Shown in pieces: positions 28,063 through 36,776 of a stretch of 63,986 nt of DNA (positions are counted from its first letter, which is position 1; every line of letters starts with the position of its first letter). The DNA is from a virus (taxonomy: Duplodnaviria; Caudoviricetes): positions 1 to 63,986 of the IMG/VR virus record IMGVR_UViG_3300035701_009376; one strand, 5' to 3'. The notes beneath the pieces are model-generated. The model saw only the letters and a program-made list of their open reading frames with translations. It ran no database searches and was not told where the DNA came from. A program made the position numbers and the translations under genes.

Positions 28063-30099
28063 ATGTCGGTTGAAGCAGTCAAAGTCGAAGCCACCACGTC
28101 CAGTGGGACGCGAATCCGCGTGCCGGTGCTGCTGGAAAGAAAGGAAGGCCGCATCTACTTCTGGGACGGCAAGGTGGGCACGAAGACCCGCTACGGCTTG
28201 TCGTCGGAAGTCAAGGCCATGCGCGGCTCGCACTTCCACGGCTACGACGACGAGGGCGAGTACGCCAAGAAAATGGTGTGGTCGGTGGACGATTGCCAGC
28301 GCAACCGGTTCCAGATCGGCTATCTCTGCGGTCAAGACGTTTATGCCTGGTTCGACCGCTCGCTGATGCGCCACGAGTATCGGCCGCTGATGCGCGGCGG
28401 GGTGCCGCAGACGTTCATGCCGCACCAGGCGGACCTGGCCGACGCCGGCCTGACGTACCACTACCAGATATTCGGGGCCGAAATGGGCACGGGCAAGACC
28501 CTGGCTGCCCAGATGGTGATTGAGAAGTCGGGCGTCAACCTGGTGTGGTGGGCGGGGCCGAAGACCAGCATCCCGAACATCAAGCGCGAGTTCAAGCTGT
28601 GGGGTTTCCCCTTCAATCGTATCCAGGTCGCGTTCTTTACCTACGAAGGTCTCGTCCGCGTGATGGATGAATGGGACGGCTCGCAACCGCTGCCGCAATT
28701 CTTCGTGGCTGACGAATCGAGCCGGTGCAAGAACGACACGTCCCAGCGCTCCAAAGCCTGTCAGAAACTTGCCGACCTGATTCGCGACAAGTACGGCCTG
28801 GATGGCTACGTGATCCTCATGTCCGGCACGCCGTCGCCGAAGACGCCTTGTGACTGGTGGAGTCAGTGCGAGATCGCTTGGCCGGGCTTCTTGAAGGAAG
28901 GCAGCCGCCGGGCGATGGAAGAGCGGCTGGCCTTCATGGTCGAGCAGCAGTTCGATGCCGGCAAGTTCAAGAAGCGCATCGGTTGGAAGGACAACGAATG
29001 CAAGTGCGCCAAGTGCGGCGACACCTTCGAGGAAGGACCGCACGAGTTGGACGGGGTTACAGACCCGGAAGACTACCACAAATTCGAGGCCAGCAAGAAC
29101 GAAGTCGCCTACCTCTACGAACGACTCAAAGGGCTGGTGGTCGTCAAGCATAAGAAGGACTGCTTGCACCTGCCCGAGAAGCGATACCGCAAGGTCGTCT
29201 GCAAGCCTACGGCCAGCGTCCTGCGCGTGGCGGAATCCATCGTCCGCGCGGCCCCCAACGCGGTCACCGGCATGACGCTGCTGCGGGAACTAAGCGACGG
29301 ATTCCAGTACCGCGAAGTCCAGGACGGCATGACGAAATGCACGCATTGCACGGATGGCACGGTCGCCGAGTGGATGGACCCGGAAGACCCCGAGGCCCGC
29401 TACCAGGCCATCGACATGCTGGACCCGGACCTGTTGGCCCGTCTTGTCAAGGAGACCGTTCCCTGCCCGTTGTGCAACGGCAAGCGGGAAGTCCCCAAGA
29501 TGGCGCGCATCACTCGGGAAGTGCCCTGCCCGAAGGAAGCCGCCCTCAAAATGCTGCTGGACGAGAACGAAGAGGTCGGTCGGCTGGTGGTCTTCGCCGG
29601 CTTCACCGGTTCCGTGGATCGCATCGTCAAGCTGTGCCTGAAGGAGAAGTGGGACGTAGTGCGCTGCGATCAGGGCAACTTCCAAGTCTTCGCGTCCAAG
29701 AGCGACAGCCCGGATGGCGCTGTCGTGGCCGGCGAGGAGCCACTGGATTACTGGGCCAACTTGGAGGGGCACGGCAAGGTCGTCTTCGTCGCCAATCCCG
29801 AGTCGGGCGGCATGAGCCTGACGTTGGTAGAGGCTCGCATGGCGGTCTACTGGTCCAACAGTTGGAAACCGGAGTACCGCGTGCAAAGCGAGGATCGCAT
29901 CCACCGCAAGGGCATGGACGAGAACCTGGGCTGCATGATCGTGGACCTGATTCACCTGCCCAGTGACGACCGTGTACTCGACGTGATTCGCGCCAACCGG
30001 AAGTTGGAGCTGATGACGATGGGTGAAATCCTCCAGGGCGTTGACTGGCAGGATGCCGGCGAAGAAGGCGAGATGTCCGTGGAGGAGTTGACGCCGTGA
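28063..30099 (+). CDS. SF2 (SNF2-like) helicase with Cys-rich inserts
   Basis: EMGTGKT, DESS, MSGTP, QSEDRIHRKG motifs. Confidence 0.85.
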   Translation: MSVEAVKVEATTSSGTRIRVPVLLERKEGRIYFWDGKVGTKTRYGLSSEVKAMRGSHFHGYDDEGEYAKKMVWSVDDCQRNRFQIGYLCGQDVYAWFDRSLMRHEYRPLMRGGVPQTFMPHQADLADAGLTYHYQIFGAEMGTGKTLAAQMVIEKSGVNLVWWAGPKTSIPNIKREFKLWGFPFNRIQVAFFTYEGLVRVMDEWDGSQPLPQFFVADESSRCKNDTSQRSKACQKLADLIRDKYGLDGYVILMSGTPSPKTPCDWWSQCEIAWPGFLKEGSRRAMEERLAFMVEQQFDAGKFKKRIGWKDNECKCAKCGDTFEEGPHELDGVTDPEDYHKFEASKNEVAYLYERLKGLVVVKHKKDCLHLPEKRYRKVVCKPTASVLRVAESIVRAAPNAVTGMTLLRELSDGFQYREVQDGMTKCTHCTDGTVAEWMDPEDPEARYQAIDMLDPDLLARLVKETVPCPLCNGKREVPKMARITREVPCPKEAALKMLLDENEEVGRLVVFAGFTGSVDRIVKLCLKEKWDVVRCDQGNFQVFASKSDSPDGAVVAGEEPLDYWANLEGHGKVVFVANPESGGMSLTLVEARMAVYWSNSWKPEYRVQSEDRIHRKGMDENLGCMIVDLIHLPSDDRVLDVIRANRKLELMTMGEILQGVDWQDAGEEGEMSVEELTP

Positions 30100-30371
30100 C
30101 CAACGTCTTCTGCGAAATCGCGTTGTCCAAGGGCCGCTGGGGCTATCCACCCTCCCGCTCGCGGGCGCGAAGAAACCTGCGGTGGACCTTCGGAAGCCGC
30201 TTGCTGGACGTGACCTTCCACGACCCTGGCGACAACGCGATTGAAATGGACATCCGCGTGGCTGGCGACGAAGACAACTGCGAAGAAATCAGGGATGCAA
30301 TCTTCCGTGCCTTCCTGGAATGGAAACCCGAGTATGAGAGCATGATCGACGTTTCTGTAGCTGTTGACTGA
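30096..30371 (+). CDS. Hypothetical protein
   Basis: GTGA-coupled 91-aa ORF. Confidence 0.5.
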   Translation: MTNVFCEIALSKGRWGYPPSRSRARRNLRWTFGSRLLDVTFHDPGDNAIEMDIRVAGDEDNCEEIRDAIFRAFLEWKPEYESMIDVSVAVD

Positions 30372-30396
30372 CACCTCTACCCTTGGAGTTGCAACG

Positions 30397-31359
30397 ATGA
30401 AGTACGTGCTGTTGGCCCTGACCCTGCTTGCCTTGACCGTCGCCCCGGCGGTCGCCAGCGTCCCCGATGATTTGCAGCGTGTGAGCGTCACCATCAAAGC
30501 CGGGAGCGCCCAAGGCTCCGGCACCCTCGTCACCCGGAAGATTGGCGAAGACACCGTGACCTTCGTGTGGACAGCGGCCCACGTTGTCGATGGTCTGCGC
30601 ACCACGCGCACCGTCGTCACGCCGCAAGGGACGCCCCGTATCCTCGTCGAGTATCGGGATGCCGAGATCGTCCAGGAGCGCCAGCAGGACGGCCGCCGCG
30701 TGGGCGAAGTCAAGTACGACTGCAAGGTCGTCAAGGTCAGTGACGCCGACTACGGGGAAGATTTGGCTTTGCTGATGGTCCGCTGCAAGGGCGCTTACCC
30801 CTTGAACATCTGCGCGAAGTTCCACCAAGACACAAACTACATCCCGCCCATTGGCATCGAGTTGAGCCACTGCGGCAGTCTGCTCGGGCAGTTCGGGGCC
30901 AACAGCTACACCACGGGCGTCCTGAGCCAAACCGGCCGGACCCTCGCCATGAAAGGCGCGAACACCAAGGTGTTCGACCAGGTGACGGCTGTGGCTTTTC
31001 CCGGCTCGTCCGGCGGCGGCATGTTCCTCAAGGAGAACGGCGAGTACATCGGGATGCTCACCCAAGGCGTGATGAAACTGCAAGGTTTCAACTTCATCGT
31101 GCCGGTGCGGCGCATTCATAGCTGGGCGAAAGACGCAAAGATCGAATGGGCCATGAATCCCGATGTGTCCATGCCCACGCTGAAGGAGATCGACGCGATC
31201 CCCGTGGAAGACGCCGGTCAATCGCCGGGCGGCTATCCGCAGCGCAATCCGGCCGGTGGGCCGCCGGATGAAGGCGCGGCTTCTGCCAACCCACCTTTCG
31301 ACTTCAACGACGCCATCAACTGGGTCTCGAAGTTCGTTCGTTCGCTCCGAAGGGGCTAG
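30397..31359 (+). CDS. Secreted trypsin-like serine protease
   Basis: Signal peptide; TAAHVV, DLALL, PGSSGGG catalytic triad motifs. Confidence 0.85.
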   Translation: MKYVLLALTLLALTVAPAVASVPDDLQRVSVTIKAGSAQGSGTLVTRKIGEDTVTFVWTAAHVVDGLRTTRTVVTPQGTPRILVEYRDAEIVQERQQDGRRVGEVKYDCKVVKVSDADYGEDLALLMVRCKGAYPLNICAKFHQDTNYIPPIGIELSHCGSLLGQFGANSYTTGVLSQTGRTLAMKGANTKVFDQVTAVAFPGSSGGGMFLKENGEYIGMLTQGVMKLQGFNFIVPVRRIHSWAKDAKIEWAMNPDVSMPTLKEIDAIPVEDAGQSPGGYPQRNPAGGPPDEGAASANPPFDFNDAINWVSKFVRSLRRG

Positions 31360-31400
31360 TCAGTCGCTTTCTTCCTGCCTCTGTGACTGACAGCACATGA

Positions 31401-31440
31401 GCCGGGTGGCGATGGGGCAGCGCCGCCCGGCCTCTCTCGA
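31401..31440 (+). terminator. Terminator-like hairpin
   Basis: GCCGGGTGGCG / CGCCGCCCGGC stem followed by CTCTCTC. Confidence 0.5.
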
Positions 31441-31473
31441 ACCCCCGCAACCTTCTCAGCTAGCAATATCTAC

Positions 31474-31947
31474 ATGGCGTTCTTCAAGACCAAGTTCGAG
31501 TCGCACAAGCAGGAGTGGGAGACACCCACTGGCCTGTTCGACCGGCTGAACCGTGAATTCGGTTTCACGCTGGACCTGGCGGCGGATGCCACGAATGCGA
31601 AGTGTTCGACCTACTACACGTCGGAGAACGATGCCTTAAGGCTCCCCTGGCACGGTGTCTGTTGGCTCAATCCGCCCTACGGCGCGAAGCAACACAGGCT
31701 CTCGGACTGGGTGCAGAAAGCGTTTCGGGAAGCCCAGACCAAGGCAGGCTGCAAGGTCGTCATGCTGATCCCCGCACGTACCAACACCCGCTGGTGGCAC
31801 GACTACTGCATGAGGGCCGCCGAAATCCGCTTCATCAACGGGCGACCAAAATTCGGCGATGCCAAGCACGGGCTGCCACAGCCCTTGGCCTTGGTTGTCT
31901 TCCAACCGCACGACGGCCCGACCGTTCTCTCCTCCTTCGAGGCATGA
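31474..31947 (+). CDS. Phage-type DNA N6-adenine methyltransferase
   Basis: EWETP, FTLDLAA, WLNPPY, LIPARTNTRWWH motifs. Confidence 0.9.
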   Translation: MAFFKTKFESHKQEWETPTGLFDRLNREFGFTLDLAADATNAKCSTYYTSENDALRLPWHGVCWLNPPYGAKQHRLSDWVQKAFREAQTKAGCKVVMLIPARTNTRWWHDYCMRAAEIRFINGRPKFGDAKHGLPQPLALVVFQPHDGPTVLSSFEA

Positions 31948-31971
31948 AGGAAGCAACAAAGGACAGCATCA

Positions 31972-33288
31972 ATGAAGTTGACAAAGAAGAAGGTCGAGAA
32001 AATCAAGCAGGCCATCACGGATGGCACAAGGCAGCCGGAAATCGCCAAGCGGTTCAAGGTGAGCCGCAGCATCGTCTCCGACATCGCCACTGGCCGGGTC
32101 CACAAAGACGTGCAATGGCCCAATGGCGAGCCGCCCGCGCCCAAGCGGGCCGGCGGTCAACACCAGGCCGTCCCGGACTACGACCCCACGGACAAGCGTG
32201 TCCTGGAGTTGGAGGCCGAGATCGTCCACCTGACGGACGAGCGGAACCGCGAGCGGCAAAAGGTCAAGGCCAGCGCCAAAATTGCTGGCCTGTTCAAGGC
32301 CGTCGTGGCGGAAATGGAACAGCGGATCAAGCCGTTTCCGGCCTTGCCCTCGCAACTCGAATACCGCCGCAAGGCCCAGATCGTTGAGCATTGCGTGATG
32401 CACCTTTCGGACGGCCACCACGATCAGGTCGTGCGGCCAGAGGAAGTCGGCGGGCTGGAAGAATACAGCTTTCCCATCTCGTGTTGCCGGGCCGAGCGTT
32501 ACGTCAACACGGTCGTCGAATGGACGCAAGACACCTTGGCACCGAAGTTCTACTTCCCGGTGTTATGGGTGTTGGCCTACGGCGACTTCACCAGCGGCGA
32601 AATCCACAAGGCGTGCGAGCGGTCCTATTACCGCAATCAGTTCAAGAATTGCCTGGCCATCGGCCAGTTGCACGCGCTGATGTACCGCGACCTGGCAAGC
32701 CATTTCGAGGAGGTTCACGTCCTGTATCTGGCCGGCAATCACGGCCGGCGGACGCCGAAGAAGGATTACCTCGGCGCGCACGACAACTGGGACTACCTCT
32801 GCGGTGAGGTGGCCCGCTTGCATTGCCGCGATCTGGGGAACGTCCATTTCACGATCCCCGATGCGTGGAGCGCCAACATCAACATCAATGGCGTGGGCTT
32901 CAACGTCTCGCACGGCGACGACGTGCGGAGCAACCTGGGAATCCCGTGGTACGGGATGGTCCGCCGGCAAAAGGGCCTGATCGCTCTGGGCGCGGCGGCC
33001 GGTGCCCAGCGTTGCCGGTACTTCTGCGTCGGCCACCATCACGCCGCCAGCATCCTGTCCGACGTGGACGGCGAACTGCTGGTCAACGGCTCGTGGGTGG
33101 GCACCGATGCCTTCGCCTACAACTCGCTGTCTGGCTACCGGGAGCCATCCCAGTGGCTTCACGGCGTCAACCCCAAGCATGGCATCACCTGGCGAATGAA
33201 CTGCAAGCTGCGCCATGAGAACGAGAAGAACGGCCCGAAGCGCTACCTGATCGACGGTGGCCGCGACGTGGGGCCGCTCAAGTCTTAA
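31972..33288 (+). CDS. HTH plus calcineurin-like metallophosphoesterase
   Basis: N-terminal HTH; SDGH, GD, GNHG, SHGD, GHHH motifs. Confidence 0.8.
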   Translation: MKLTKKKVEKIKQAITDGTRQPEIAKRFKVSRSIVSDIATGRVHKDVQWPNGEPPAPKRAGGQHQAVPDYDPTDKRVLELEAEIVHLTDERNRERQKVKASAKIAGLFKAVVAEMEQRIKPFPALPSQLEYRRKAQIVEHCVMHLSDGHHDQVVRPEEVGGLEEYSFPISCCRAERYVNTVVEWTQDTLAPKFYFPVLWVLAYGDFTSGEIHKACERSYYRNQFKNCLAIGQLHALMYRDLASHFEEVHVLYLAGNHGRRTPKKDYLGAHDNWDYLCGEVARLHCRDLGNVHFTIPDAWSANININGVGFNVSHGDDVRSNLGIPWYGMVRRQKGLIALGAAAGAQRCRYFCVGHHHAASILSDVDGELLVNGSWVGTDAFAYNSLSGYREPSQWLHGVNPKHGITWRMNCKLRHENEKNGPKRYLIDGGRDVGPLKS

Positions 33289-33301
33289 CCCCCGAGAATC
33301 C

Positions 33302-33595
33302 ATGAAGGCGAAAACATCTGCGGTCCTGGCCGTGCTTTGTGCATCGGCCGTTGGCGTCATCGGGTTGTTCCTGGCCGCCATTCTGGCCCGTGGCTTCGTG
33401 CTCACGGTCCTGTGGGGATGGTTCGCCGCCCCCGTCTTCGGTCTGCCGGCCTTGGGCATCGCGCCGGCACTCGGCTTGACCGTGCTGCTCAACTACCTGC
33501 TCAACCACAAGAAGGAAGGCCAGTCGCTTCCCGGCATTTTCGGCGGCGCTCTGGCGGCCCTTGGCGTTGGCTGGGTGATTCACCTTTTCGTCTGA
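33302..33595 (+). CDS. Small membrane protein
   Basis: About three hydrophobic helices. Confidence 0.6.
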   Translation: MKAKTSAVLAVLCASAVGVIGLFLAAILARGFVLTVLWGWFAAPVFGLPALGIAPALGLTVLLNYLLNHKKEGQSLPGIFGGALAALGVGWVIHLFV

Positions 33596-33603
33596 GGTCA
33601 ACC

Positions 33604-33777
33604 ATGCCCATTCATCGCACCACCAAGAACGGTAAGCCGGCATTGCAGTACGGCAGCCGCGGTGCCAAGTACGCCTACACGCCGGGTAACAAGCGGAGCC
33701 GCGAGGCCGCCAAGAAGAAGTGCATCAAACAGGCACTCGCCATCGAGCGGCGTAGCGGTGTGCCCGCCGACCTGTGA
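33604..33777 (+). CDS. Small basic phage protein
   Basis: GAGGT RBS; MPIHRTTKNGKPALQYG... Confidence 0.6.
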   Translation: MPIHRTTKNGKPALQYGSRGAKYAYTPGNKRSREAAKKKCIKQALAIERRSGVPADL

Positions 33778-33789
33778 AAGGAGCCGCCC

Positions 33790-33981
33790 GTGGCCAAGAA
33801 ACGAACGTCAACCAAATCGGCCCGGACGCCGGTTGCCCCGCCTCCGGTCCTAGAGCGGTTGCAGAACAGCGGCATGATGCGCTTCGGAGAGGGGCAGCCG
33901 CAGGTTCCGAGTGTTGGGGCGGCCAGGATGCAGAAGCCTACCGGCCGCAAGCCAGCCGGCAAGAAGGGCCGCCGTAAGTAG
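33790..33981 (+). CDS. Small basic hypothetical protein
   Basis: AAGGAG RBS, GTG start; Lys/Arg-rich. Confidence 0.55.
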   Translation: MAKKRTSTKSARTPVAPPPVLERLQNSGMMRFGEGQPQVPSVGAARMQKPTGRKPAGKKGRRK

Positions 33982-34008
33982 CAGCCTGCGCCTAGCGCGA
34001 AGGAGCCA

Positions 34009-34221
34009 GTGATGCCCAAGCGAGTCGGTCGCCGGACCATCGAGCATTGGCGCGACGGCGAGTGCATCGCCCGAATCGAAGTCACCGACGACATGATTCA
34101 GCGCAACGCCGATGGCACGGCACGGGTCGTGTTCCCGCCGGGAAACATCGTTCTGGCGACGGGGGACGAGCTGCATTTCGACGTGGACGGACTCATTGAG
34201 CGACTGAAGGGAGGCAAATGA
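34009..34221 (+). CDS. Hypothetical protein
   Basis: AGGAG RBS; coupled to the next ORF. Confidence 0.55.
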   Translation: MMPKRVGRRTIEHWRDGECIARIEVTDDMIQRNADGTARVVFPPGNIVLATGDELHFDVDGLIERLKGGK

Positions 34222-34412
34222 TGCCGGAGACGAAGCTGCGGCTCAACCTCCTCCACTTGCGGAAGGGCGAGCAGCCGGAGGCGGTCGAGACCTACTACGT
34301 GCTCGGCCACCGACCTGCGGGCGGCATGATCGCCCGAGTCATCATCGGAGAAGACCTGGAACTGTGGAAGCATGACACCTTGATCTTCGACTTCAGCAAC
34401 GAACAAGCATGA
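34218..34412 (+). CDS. Hypothetical protein
   Basis: ATGA overlap, GGAGG RBS. Confidence 0.55.
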   Translation: MMPETKLRLNLLHLRKGEQPEAVETYYVLGHRPAGGMIARVIIGEDLELWKHDTLIFDFSNEQA

Positions 34413-34612
34413 GATTCCGAGCACTCTTCATCGGCGGCCCGGTGGATGGCCAAGAGCGAGTCCTGAACGCCTGCCCGCCCACCATCGACTGCACGACGGC
34501 GCGCTACTCGCGCCTTCATGTCATAGGAGCGACGGCGATCTACTCGTTGCTCAGTCTCGAAGAGACCTTGAACCGTGTCTGGAATCGCTACGCGGGAGAA
34601 AGCGATGCGTGA
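34409..34612 (+). CDS. Hypothetical protein
   Basis: ATGA overlap; FIGGPVDG motif common in phage proteins. Confidence 0.55.
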   Translation: MRFRALFIGGPVDGQERVLNACPPTIDCTTARYSRLHVIGATAIYSLLSLEETLNRVWNRYAGESDA

Positions 34613-35430
34613 GCTACAGCTTGCACCTTGGAGAGACATCTATGCCGACCTACTGCGTAAGTGACCTGCATCTGTGCGACCGCGGCCCGCGCGACAACTT
34701 CTGTTACGGGGACCGGGAAGAGCGATTTTACCGCTTCTTGGACTTGGTGGAGAGCAATCACGGTCGGCTGCTGATCCTCGGCGACCTGTTCGATTGGTGG
34801 CAAGTCCCCGTGGGCGCGGTGATCGTGGCCTACCGCCCGCTCTTGGATCGGCTAGCCGGCATGGGGGCAACGTGGATCGTCGGCAATCACGACAACGCCT
34901 TGGCACCCCTGATCGGCACTGAATTGATGCCCGATCATCCCTTGCTCAGGACGGCCTGCCACCCGTTCGAGGAAATCATCGGCGGCCGAAGGATCGCCTA
35001 CCTCCACGGCCACGAGGCCGACCCCTACTGCTGTGACCTGAATCCCGGCACCGGAGAGATCACGGCGATCATCAGCGGGATGCTGGAGGACCGCAACAAG
35101 GGGCCGTTCCACAATCACCATGCCGTGGAAGACGAGTTCGTCGGCACGTTGGAAGGGGCCTTGACTCTCTGGCGGAGACTGACGTTCCAGCACGGCCGCC
35201 AGGAGGAGATGGTCGCTGGCGTCGAGAAGTACCGCCAGAAGCAGAGGGCCGCTGTGGTGGTCTACGGCCACACGCACGAGCCGGGCCACATCGGCGATTA
35301 CCACTTCAACACCGGTTGCTGGGCGCGGCGGCACGACACGTTCGTCTCCATCAGCGACGGCGGCCAGGGTTCCGTGTGGGAATGGCTGCCGGACCAGGGG
35401 CCGGTCCCCTTTGACGTGAAATTGAGATGA
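34609..35430 (+). CDS. Metallophosphoesterase (LpxH-like)
   Basis: SDLH, GDLFD, GNHD, HGH, GHTH, NTGCW motifs. Confidence 0.85.
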   Translation: MSYSLHLGETSMPTYCVSDLHLCDRGPRDNFCYGDREERFYRFLDLVESNHGRLLILGDLFDWWQVPVGAVIVAYRPLLDRLAGMGATWIVGNHDNALAPLIGTELMPDHPLLRTACHPFEEIIGGRRIAYLHGHEADPYCCDLNPGTGEITAIISGMLEDRNKGPFHNHHAVEDEFVGTLEGALTLWRRLTFQHGRQEEMVAGVEKYRQKQRAAVVVYGHTHEPGHIGDYHFNTGCWARRHDTFVSISDGGQGSVWEWLPDQGPVPFDVKLR

Positions 35431-36290
35431 ACCTGCCGGAGTTGGAACAGTACAAGGCGTACTCGATTCCGGTCACGGCCATCTATTATGACGCCGCCTT
35501 CAACTGCCGGGGTGAGTTCACGCTGCAATCCGTCAAGGAACTGGCCGACAGCATCGCCCAGGCGGGCCGGCTGATCTGTCCGGTCGCTGTCCAGCCGTGG
35601 GCCGAGGCCAAGGGTTTCGAGTACCGGCTGATCGTTGGGCACCGCCGCTTCAAGGCCGTGACCACCTTCCTGAAATGGACGGCGATACCTGCCTATATCT
35701 GCGAGGGCCTAAGTGACCACAAGGCCCGCATGTTGAACTTCGTGGAGAACTTGCAGCGGAAGAGCCTGAATGTCTTGGAAGAGGCTCGTGCCATCCAGAA
35801 CCTTTATCCCGATGGTGCGCCTTTGCGACAGGCAGCCGAGGAACTGAAGCAGCCGACACGATGGGTCCATATCCGTGTGCGCCTGCTGAAGATGCCGGAG
35901 GCAATCCAGCAAAAGGCTGCCGCCGGTGTACTGTCTCAAGCGAATCTGGAAACGCTTGCGGGCATTGAGAAGCCCGACGAACAGATCAAGGCCGCCGAGG
36001 AGATTGCCGAAGCACGGCAGCGCGGCCGAGGCAAGTTCCTGCCCGGCTTGGACAGAACGTATAAACGCCGCCGGGGCGTCCGTCCCCGCGAGGAAATCAA
36101 CCGCATGATCGAGCGGATGCTCGGGGCCGGAATCGGCGGATTGCCGCCTCGGGTTGCGGCCTGGTGTGCGGGCCAGATCGCCGACGAGGAATTGTTGAAA
36201 GAAATCGAAGAAGTCACTCTCGAAACCGCCGGAGAATGCGTTGTCTCTGATAGGGAGAGATTTGATGGACACACCAGCCGCTCCAGTTGA
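35427..36290 (+). CDS. Second ParB-like protein
   Basis: ELADSI, YRLIVGHRRFKA, ENLQRKSLN motifs. Confidence 0.85.
   Translation: MNLPELEQYKAYSIPVTAIYYDAAFNCRGEFTLQSVKELADSIAQAGRLICPVAVQPWAEAKGFEYRLIVGHRRFKAVTTFLKWTAIPAYICEGLSDHKARMLNFVENLQRKSLNVLEEARAIQNLYPDGAPLRQAAEELKQPTRWVHIRVRLLKMPEAIQQKAAAGVLSQANLETLAGIEKPDEQIKAAEEIAEARQRGRGKFLPGLDRTYKRRRGVRPREEINRMIERMLGAGIGGLPPRVAAWCAGQIADEELLKEIEEVTLETAGECVVSDRERFDGHTSRSS
36217..36254 (+). promoter_or_regulatory. Phage promoter motif copy 2
   Basis: CTCTCG AAACCGCCGGAGAATG CGTTGT CTCTGATAGG before ATG 36265. Confidence 0.7.
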
Positions 36291-36663
36291 ACCGGGAATC
36301 GACGTTCGGAAGCTGAAGCCAGAGACGGTGATTCTCTTGGAGGCGGAACCCTACCTCTATGAGATTCGCGTCATGTACCCGGCACACGGCATCGTGGAGA
36401 TCAGTTCCAGCGACCCGAATCTCCGCGTTGCGACCGTGGGCCAATTGCTTCAGAGCGTCCGCTGGTCGAGTCCCGGTGCGCCGATCCCCGCCTGGATCGG
36501 CAGAGGTCTCGCCCTGGAAATCCGGTTTCGCAATGGTGTCTATCGCACTCAACCGGTGACGGCAGCCAGCGTCACTGGGAAACGCGACGACGGCAGCCAT
36601 TGGTCTTACGACGTTTTCGAGACTTCCGGCGTGCGCGCGGAATACCCGGCGCTGAACCCATAA
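36265..36663 (+). CDS. Hypothetical protein
   Basis: GGGAGAG RBS; 132 aa. Confidence 0.6.
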   Translation: MDTPAAPVEPGIDVRKLKPETVILLEAEPYLYEIRVMYPAHGIVEISSSDPNLRVATVGQLLQSVRWSSPGAPIPAWIGRGLALEIRFRNGVYRTQPVTAASVTGKRDDGSHWSYDVFETSGVRAEYPALNP

Positions 36664-36776
36664 CCGCATGGCTGGTGACTGGGATCGGTAAAGCCTGACC
36701 GGTAATGGTATCTGCCGCCGTGGCTGGCGGGGAACCATGCGGAAGCCGGAAGTCCCGTTCAAGGTGGAATCACGCT

